In this document: one piece after another, positions 57,835 through 64,000 of the stretch
Layout of the letters: each line of letters begins with the position of its first letter
Numbering within the stretch: position 1 is the stretch's first letter
DNA from: Escherichia phage Sa157lw
Strand: one strand, 5' to 3'
DNA: 64,000 nucleotides
Sequence record: OK322699.1
Position numbers and translations under genes: made by a program
Notes under the pieces: generated by a model
Seen by the model: only the letters and a program-made list of their open reading frames with translations
The model's database searches: none
What the model was told of the DNA's origin: nothing

Positions 57835-58434
57835 ATGAAATTTTGCGGAATCGACTATTCTTATGGCTGTCCTGCCATGTGCTTCTGGGATGATAAAGAT
57901 CCTTTGGATTTTGACCATCTTCATTTCTATGCGCATCATACTGTAGAAAAACATTGTCGTCAGGTACGGCATAACATCCTCATTTTACGCCAGCCGAAAT
58001 ATGAATCCCCAGAAGAACGCTTCTACAATATCTCCAAATGGGCCGAAGCTGTTCTTCTAACCGAGAAGCCTGATTTCATCACCCTTGAGGGGTACGCAAT
58101 GGGCAACTCGAAGAATTCCAATAACATATGCCAGACTGCTGAAAATACATCTTTATTGAAGCAAGCAATGCGCCGGAATAATATGGAATTCCAGATCGTT
58201 ACTCCTTCTTTCGTTAAAAAGCATTTCTGTGGTAAAGGAAACGCCGATAAATTGGTAATGATCGATCATTTCGAGAAGCTGTTCAACGTTAAGATGCGTG
58301 GTATAATGGACATGTTGGACGTGAAGGATCCAAAGCCTATCGATGATCTTGTAGACTCATTCGCAAACATGGTGTCTGGACCTTACTTCATAGAAAATTA
58401 TCCCGATTTCAATAGAGGTGTAAGAAATGATTAA
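57835..58434 (+). CDS. putative RuvC-like Holliday junction resolvase
   Basis: MKFCGIDYS start, LEGYA, C-terminal DDLVDSFA compatible with RuvC catalytic layout; weak. Confidence 0.35.
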   Translation: MKFCGIDYSYGCPAMCFWDDKDPLDFDHLHFYAHHTVEKHCRQVRHNILILRQPKYESPEERFYNISKWAEAVLLTEKPDFITLEGYAMGNSKNSNNICQTAENTSLLKQAMRRNNMEFQIVTPSFVKKHFCGKGNADKLVMIDHFEKLFNVKMRGIMDMLDVKDPKPIDDLVDSFANMVSGPYFIENYPDFNRGVRND

Positions 58435-58723
58435 TTACTGGCTGTTGGCAGATATACTGCTTTTCGCCTTGCTGTTGATAACGGCATTTATTTGGGTTAA
58501 GGGATTTCTGACATTCCTGCACTCGTTGAGCGCCATGATATCTTTCTATGCTGTGTCCCCCCATAGTGACGTCAATGTACGAGCGGCAAATCAATCTGAC
58601 ATGTTGGCTGAATACGTCATGATGCGTGATAAAGCAACCAGGATCGTCCTGTTTTCTACACTGGCGGGGGCGGTTATTATATTCATACAACACGTCTTGG
58701 AGGCAACTCATGCCGTTTTATGA
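58427..58723 (+). CDS. small membrane protein
   Basis: 98 aa with two hydrophobic helices. Confidence 0.3.
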   Translation: MINYWLLADILLFALLLITAFIWVKGFLTFLHSLSAMISFYAVSPHSDVNVRAANQSDMLAEYVMMRDKATRIVLFSTLAGAVIIFIQHVLEATHAVL

Positions 58724-58955
58724 TTATGCCTGTACAGGTTGTGGTAATTCTTTCAGTACCAGAAGGTCTTGTGCTGAACGCCATACGCCTGAATTAGATC
58801 CATGCGCTGAATGTGGCGGTGAAATCAAAATGGTCATTGGAGCACCAAAGATCGTATCTGGTGTCCGTGGCCCACAATCCGCACCTGATGGCTTCAAAGA
58901 CGTATTGCGTCATATTAAGAAGCAGTCTGGGAAGGGGAATACAATCGATGTCTGA
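58710..58955 (+). CDS. FmdB-family zinc ribbon protein
   Basis: ORF 58626..58955 trimmed; MPFYDYACTGCGNSF .. CAECGG signature. Confidence 0.5.
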   Translation: MPFYDYACTGCGNSFSTRRSCAERHTPELDPCAECGGEIKMVIGAPKIVSGVRGPQSAPDGFKDVLRHIKKQSGKGNTIDV

Positions 58956-59190
58956 CCAACAAATAGCACAAGTCCTTACACCTGATTCATTCTCAGAATT
59001 GGTGTTGATGCGAGCGAGCCAACGCAAGGAGTCTATTCTTGAAACGATGGCCAGTGTTTGTGAAGAGTACGACATCGAAGAGGCGAAAGTTAAGAAACTG
59101 ATTACACCACCTCTCCTGTCAAGGCTAACAGCTGAATGTTCTGATGCTCGGTTGTTGAAGGGTGAATTGAAATCTAAAAAACTCATTTAA
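58948..59190 (+). CDS. hypothetical small protein
   Basis: ORF 58813..59190 trimmed to MSDQQIAQ. Confidence 0.3.
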   Translation: MSDQQIAQVLTPDSFSELVLMRASQRKESILETMASVCEEYDIEEAKVKKLITPPLLSRLTAECSDARLLKGELKSKKLI

Positions 59191-59199
59191 GGTTGTAAC

Positions 59200-59439
59200 A
59201 TGAGCAAAGAGCAAATTTATAAATTGTTGAAGGCGCAAGAGTATCTGCCAGGTTCTATTCGCTGGCGTCATGGTAGCCTCAACGAACATGCTGATGATAT
59301 GGATCGCGTTCGTTTCACAACGCCGGAAGGTAAATCCTATGTCATCGAGTACCATACATTCTTGGAAGGTCATAAAACCTTCTCGGATGTGTACGATATT
59401 ATTGAGATAGACCCAGCAAAACAAATGATTGCGGGTTAA
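59200..59439 (+). CDS. hypothetical small protein
   Basis: 79 aa ORF. Confidence 0.35.
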   Translation: MSKEQIYKLLKAQEYLPGSIRWRHGSLNEHADDMDRVRFTTPEGKSYVIEYHTFLEGHKTFSDVYDIIEIDPAKQMIAG

Positions 59440-59534
59440 CTCAATAGCAAAAGGCAGTATAATTACATCGTCGGAATAATAGACAAATACATTTATAGAA
59501 TAGCCCGAAGGGGCGGATTATAGAGGAATATAAA

Positions 59535-60572
59535 ATGGGTAACTTATTTGATCGTCTTAAACAATCTCGTGGCCAACAAGCCGAAGCCATGCAACAGCGT
59601 CTCGCTCAGCAAGGTCAGCGTGTTGGTGGCGGTCGTGACCCGCGCATCTGGAAGTGGACTTGGAATGAAAAAGGCACTTCCGAAAACATTATTCGTTTCC
59701 TGCCTATCCCTTTAGTGGACATGAAGGCTCAAGAAGAAGGCACCATCCCTGAAGATGCTGTGTTAACTCCATGCGCCATGATCATGAAACACGCTTTCCA
59801 GGGTGCTGGCGGCTGGTATATCGAAAACTCACCTCAGACTTTCGGTAACGATGATCCGGTTCGTGACCATGATCGTCCTCTGTGGGCACAACAGAAAGAA
59901 ACGAACGATGAAAAACTGAAGACGGTCCTGAAAAAACGTCTGCCGGACACCAAATACTACGCCAACATTCTAGTGATCAAAGATGGCAATAATCCGGAAA
60001 ATAACGGCAAGGTCTTCTTGCTGGAATTCGGTAATGCCGTCAAGAAAATCCTGGATTCGGCTCAGAATCCTAAGTTCTCAACCGACCCGAAATTCGACCC
60101 GTTCGATATGTGGGAAGGTGCGAATCTGATTCTTAACCTGTTCGGCGAAGAGAAAGAGTTCGGAAACTGGAAAGGCCTGGTTGCCAACTTCACCAACGTG
60201 AAGTGGGATAGTCCGGCACCGCTGGGAACCGACGAATACATTGAAGAGATCTGGGAAAAAGAGCACAGCTTGTTTGAGTTCTTTAATCCGGCCAACTTCA
60301 AATCGTACGAAGATCTGGAAAAACGTTTGCGCAAAGTTCTGGCCATCCCTGATAATCAGCCTCTGGTTGAAGGTGGTGCTTCTACTATGGCACATGCGCC
60401 TACCCAGTCTCAGGAACCCCAGCGCCCGACAGCGCAGGAAAGCCTGAACCAACAACAATCTCAGCCTTCTAATGCACAGCAATCTGTTCCAGCCAATAAT
60501 GGTGGTGCGGGTGCCGATGCGAAACAGACGGCTTCCATTGATGAGTTCGAGCAGTTCCTGAAGCAAGACTAA
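59535..60572 (+). CDS. 32: single-stranded DNA-binding protein gp32
   Basis: YYANILVIKDGNNPENNGKVFLLEFG aligns with T4 gp32 core; acidic C-terminus. Confidence 0.85.
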   Translation: MGNLFDRLKQSRGQQAEAMQQRLAQQGQRVGGGRDPRIWKWTWNEKGTSENIIRFLPIPLVDMKAQEEGTIPEDAVLTPCAMIMKHAFQGAGGWYIENSPQTFGNDDPVRDHDRPLWAQQKETNDEKLKTVLKKRLPDTKYYANILVIKDGNNPENNGKVFLLEFGNAVKKILDSAQNPKFSTDPKFDPFDMWEGANLILNLFGEEKEFGNWKGLVANFTNVKWDSPAPLGTDEYIEEIWEKEHSLFEFFNPANFKSYEDLEKRLRKVLAIPDNQPLVEGGASTMAHAPTQSQEPQRPTAQESLNQQQSQPSNAQQSVPANNGGAGADAKQTASIDEFEQFLKQD

Positions 60573-60580
60573 TTTCACTA

Positions 60581-60608
60581 AAGCCCCTTCGGGGGCTTTT
60601 TAGTTTTT
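60581..60608. terminator. bidirectional terminator AAGCCCC ttcg GGGGCTT flanked by T-run (+) and A-run (-)
   Basis: sits between convergent gp32 and the minus-strand gene ending at 60600. Confidence 0.7.
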
Positions 60609-61739
60609 AACGACGTCTTGTAACAAACCGAGTAAACTACTCTTCTCAGACGCCGTCAGGTTATCATTGCCTAATATATCCCTCTGGATGCCGATAGAGA
60701 TCCTTTCGAAGTCTGCCAGGCTGATACCCGCCAAATTATTTACAAGCTGATCGAGTTGCTTGTAGGCCAGTAGGGCTTCACCTGTAAAGTTCCCTTCCTT
60801 AATCTTTTTATACAGCTGTCCGGCTTTTGACGCTGCGGTTTCCCAATCTCCGGAAGCAAGAGCATCAGCAATGCCCAAAGGAAGAAAGTCGCTGGCGAGG
60901 CTGCGCGTTTCATATTCAGTCTCCGATAATACTTTATTGTAAGAGAACGATATATTGTACTGGTTAAATTGGTCGGCGGCACTTTTGTCGAGGTCGATGG
61001 AACTGAAGTTAATAGGATGAGCCTCCGTCACATAAACACGGTGCACCACCTGGTCTTCTGTATCCATTTGCTCTATACAAATATCAGTCACGAAATCTTC
61101 GTAATAACCCATCTTGGTCGTATATGGGTCGAATATCAAATTCTTCCATTTATCCATGACCGACTTTTCATAATAGTCGTTGGCAAGGAGAAATGATAAC
61201 TCCAGATCAACGTTTGTTTTGTTGTTCGGCATCTTAATATGGTTGCCGTTATTTGTCATTGGCGTTGTATCAATCCCAGTACCAGGCAAAGAAGCAACCA
61301 TACACATCATTTGTAAGGAACGAGACGTCTGGTTTGTCCCTCCAAAGAAAGCGTTTACAATACGGGCGCTTTGTTTGAACAGATCCCCAAATGATGAAGA
61401 TGAAGGATATGCGTTGCCGTCATTGGATAGAGTCGCATTAGAATCGAAAATACCAGGCGGCAACGGGATTGTAACACGAAATCTGTTCTTGCGGGAAATC
61501 CCCCGCTGAAGCAGTTGCGTTAGAAAATTGCGATAGTCTTCCACGATGAGGACTCCATTTAAATAATATATCTGCTGATATTTATAAGGAGTTGACAAAT
61601 GGCCAAGAACGCTATGGGTGAAGAAGACCCGTTGTTGCTTCCTGCCGAGATGGACGCCCCAGAATTGGTCAAGCGTTACATCCGCAAATATCGTCAACAT
61701 TTTGGACCAGAAGCGAAACGTAATATCCGTCGGTCTCAC
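60600..61739 (-). CDS. hypothetical protein (start uncertain)
   Basis: 379 aa maximal ORF; N-terminal ~140 nt overlaps the + gene at 61599, so true start is probably internal (candidates near 61310 or 61259). Confidence 0.4.
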   Translation of the reverse strand: MRPTDITFRFWSKMLTIFADVTLDQFWGVHLGRKQQRVFFTHSVLGHLSTPYKYQQIYYLNGVLIVEDYRNFLTQLLQRGISRKNRFRVTIPLPPGIFDSNATLSNDGNAYPSSSSFGDLFKQSARIVNAFFGGTNQTSRSLQMMCMVASLPGTGIDTTPMTNNGNHIKMPNNKTNVDLELSFLLANDYYEKSVMDKWKNLIFDPYTTKMGYYEDFVTDICIEQMDTEDQVVHRVYVTEAHPINFSSIDLDKSAADQFNQYNISFSYNKVLSETEYETRSLASDFLPLGIADALASGDWETAASKAGQLYKKIKEGNFTGEALLAYKQLDQLVNNLAGISLADFERISIGIQRDILGNDNLTASEKSSLLGLLQDVVKN

Positions 61740-62303
61740 GTGTGGTTTATGGAACGCGTATCGAAAGATGCCAATTTATCCCCCAACCACATGATGAAGG
61801 CGTTTGCTGAAAATAAACGTCCTGTTCAGGGTGTGCGCTATATTGTTGGTCGCATGTACTATTTCAAATATGATGCGCTGACCAAAGATGAACTCCCGTA
61901 TTGGGATATGTATCCTCTTGTATTCTTCTTCAATTTTGTGAAGGGTGACGGGGTAAAATTTGGGGAACGTGGTGTGACCTATCTTTATGGTCTCAACCTT
62001 CATTATTTGCCACCAAAGCTCAGATTATTAGTGTTTGAAGATCTTATCAAGTTGAGGAACGAAAGAGCGTATCGTTCTAAAACTCGTTTGAGACTTACTT
62101 GGGATGCCCTGAAACGGTTCGCCAATCACCCTCTGTACAACCATTGTGTGAAACTGTACCGCGCTGATCAATTTCGTTCACAGCTTTATGAGATTGAGCC
62201 TCAATACTGGGAAGTTGTTTTGTTTATGCGCACTGCTCGATTCCAGAAACAGAGCCAGATGTCTGTTTGGAAAGACGCTCGTCGTAAACACAAAAATGGT
62301 TAG
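61599..62303 (+). CDS. hypothetical protein
   Basis: 234 aa, TAAGGAG RBS. Confidence 0.45.
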   Translation: MAKNAMGEEDPLLLPAEMDAPELVKRYIRKYRQHFGPEAKRNIRRSHVWFMERVSKDANLSPNHMMKAFAENKRPVQGVRYIVGRMYYFKYDALTKDELPYWDMYPLVFFFNFVKGDGVKFGERGVTYLYGLNLHYLPPKLRLLVFEDLIKLRNERAYRSKTRLRLTWDALKRFANHPLYNHCVKLYRADQFRSQLYEIEPQYWEVVLFMRTARFQKQSQMSVWKDARRKHKNG

Positions 62304-62365
62304 TTCTAAAAGCCGTTCTATGGGATAATTCGCGAACGGCTTTCTATAAACATGAGGTTCCATAT

Positions 62366-63097
62366 ATGTCATATCTACACAGAATTTTTGGTATTGAATT
62401 CAGTTCCAACAGCGTTCGTTATGACCGCACTCACAAAGACTCCGGCGGCAAGACTGGTTACGAACTTGGATCTCGTTTGGGGTATACTGAAGAGCGCCGC
62501 CTGAGTGAACAAACTCTTTTCACAGCTATGGGTATTGAATTTGAATCCGAGGCTGCTTTAGATCTGGGGGATGAGGTTCGTTTTGGTAAGCCTGAAGTCT
62601 TAGAATTTGTTGAAGACTTCGTGACAGGTTATACCCATGCCGCTAACAATCGTCGCGCCGCCAATGATGCTGTTGGTAAATTTCATTTTGCTGTGAAATA
62701 CCTTGCCGACAAGCGTATTCAAATGGAAGCCGAATTCAGTGAAGAAAACTTGAAAGCAGTTTTCGGAGAGACTGGCGATTTCCTATTGACAGAAGAATCC
62801 GGTACTTCTTCCGCTCGTCATTTCTTTAGTCAACCGTTTATCGTGAAGGGATGTAAAATTCTGATTGATGAAGAACATGTTTTTGGTATTCATCCGGATG
62901 TTGTATACGATGAAGAGACGTGTCTGATCATTTCCAGATTGTTTAACAGCCTGGCGTACACTTCATATTCATTGATCGAACGCTGTATGGAAGAAGAGCA
63001 TCGCCAAGTTGTTGTCAACAAAATTCGCTTACATGTTGAGCAGAATTTTAATGGATTCCATTGCGCGTCTGGTGAGATTCCAAACTTCTACATGTAA
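62366..63097 (+). CDS. hypothetical protein
   Basis: 243 aa ORF. Confidence 0.45.
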   Translation: MSYLHRIFGIEFSSNSVRYDRTHKDSGGKTGYELGSRLGYTEERRLSEQTLFTAMGIEFESEAALDLGDEVRFGKPEVLEFVEDFVTGYTHAANNRRAANDAVGKFHFAVKYLADKRIQMEAEFSEENLKAVFGETGDFLLTEESGTSSARHFFSQPFIVKGCKILIDEEHVFGIHPDVVYDEETCLIISRLFNSLAYTSYSLIERCMEEEHRQVVVNKIRLHVEQNFNGFHCASGEIPNFYM

Positions 63098-63115
63098 AGA
63101 TATCAGGGGGGCTGT

Positions 63116-63403
63116 ATGAAGAAATATGTTCGTCTGAACACTGTACTTGAATCAGTTATAGAATATTTCATAATGCAGCACCTCAGAGCAGAAAATGAAC
63201 ACGTGAGCGACGCTCTGACTTATGATCACCGGATAGTGGTTCATTCCGTCGAAATAGTGGATGACGAATTGTTGATTGCCAATGTTGAGCATGCTCTCTG
63301 GGATGAAGTGTTAGATCAGTACGTTCAACCGAAGTTCACACAGATCGAGTTATCTGCCATGTGGCCACCTGAAACAGTTTTCAATATTGATATACAAAGT
63401 TAA
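63116..63403 (+). CDS. hypothetical small protein
   Basis: 95 aa, GGGGGG RBS-like context. Confidence 0.35.
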   Translation: MKKYVRLNTVLESVIEYFIMQHLRAENEHVSDALTYDHRIVVHSVEIVDDELLIANVEHALWDEVLDQYVQPKFTQIELSAMWPPETVFNIDIQS

Positions 63404-63482
63404 TATTCACGTCAGTCCGCGCTATACCAGCGTTCCGTTGTCTAACACAGAAGTGTTAACCAACTTTTCAATAAAAAGTGGT

Positions 63483-63509
63483 TTACATCTTCTAAAAAGG
63501 CAGTATATT
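63483..63509 (+). promoter_or_regulatory. early sigma70-type promoter (-35 TTTACA, -10 TATATT) preceded by TTCAATAA
   Basis: promoter family member. Confidence 0.45.
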
Positions 63510-63576
63510 AATGTTCCAGACGCACAGTTGAACATTAAACTGCCAAAGAAGGTTACTACACAAAAGGGTTTTTATT

Positions 63577-64000
63577 ATGTCCTATATTCTTCATATCGAG
63601 TCCGGCCTGAAATTTGAAATTGATGGTAAAACCGCTGCTGATCTTCAAGCAGAAATCAAAGGTGCAGACCTTATCATCGGCAACGTCACGTTACGCCGTA
63701 TGATGGAAGGCGTCCTCCAGTCAGCCAACGGCTTTGAACTCATTGAAGGTCTGAGCCAGGAAGAGAAAGAAGAGACTCTCGAAGCTCTTGACCGCGCTGA
63801 AGCCGAAAAAGTTAAACCGACCGAAGATGCGGGGGTTAAACAGGGCGACGGTGAATCAAATCCGGTGATTGACGCCGAAGAAACGGTTGGGCAACCTGTC
63901 GGTGATCAAAATTCCCAGACCGTCGAAGACGGTTCTCTTGAAGTCAACAAAGACGGCTCCATTTCCCTGGTAGTTGAAGGCGAAGAAGTTCTTGACGAAG
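63577..64000 (+). CDS. hypothetical protein, 3' end beyond window
   Basis: open frame from ATG 63577 to window end; acidic, repetitive C-terminal region; not in ORF track because no stop. Confidence 0.4.
   Translation, partial: MSYILHIESGLKFEIDGKTAADLQAEIKGADLIIGNVTLRRMMEGVLQSANGFELIEGLSQEEKEETLEALDRAEAEKVKPTEDAGVKQGDGESNPVIDAEETVGQPVGDQNSQTVEDGSLEVNKDGSISLVVEGEEVLDE

Noticed and set aside
1-64000. CRISPR arrays, transposases, integrases or homing endonucleases (GIY-YIG/HNH)
   Set aside because: No regularly spaced direct repeats and no ORF with recognisable GIY-YIG, HNH, DDE or tyrosine recombinase motifs

Overview
This window reads as a densely coded segment of a distant T4-like myovirus genome (about 45% GC by eye, most genes on the + strand, many stop/start overlaps, numerous rho-independent terminators). 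All calls rest on reading the six-frame translations against remembered T4 protein sequences and domain signatures; no BLAST/HMM search was possible. Recognisable T4 core genes: prohead protease gp21, scaffold gp22, major capsid gp23 (only 440 aa), UvsW helicase, clamp gp45, clamp loader gp44/gp62, RegA, late sigma gp55, gp47/gp46 (Mre11/Rad50-like), primase gp61, ssDNA-binding gp32, NrdA/NrdB/NrdC, PhoH, endolysin, and on the minus strand gp25 and a gp5-like central spike. Identity to T4 is low (roughly 30-40% by eye), so this is not a T-even proper; an Ackermannviridae-like relative is possible but unproven. Between the core genes lie many small unassigned ORFs, several with unusual features: an acyl-carrier-protein-like protein whose phosphopantetheine serine is replaced by Asp, a vWA/MIDAS protein, a ParB/Srx-like protein, secreted proteins and lipoproteins, a translationally coupled LysM / 2-TM / SPFH-lipoprotein cassette, an HU-like protein and a DinG/XPD-like Fe-S helicase. 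The replication operon 45-44-62-regA is followed not by DNA polymerase gp43 but by three unassigned proteins. A family of near-identical early sigma70-type promoters (TTTACT -35, TTCAATAA spacer, TATAAT-like -10) with conserved leaders recurs across the window. No tRNA, CRISPR array, transposase or homing endonuclease was recognised.
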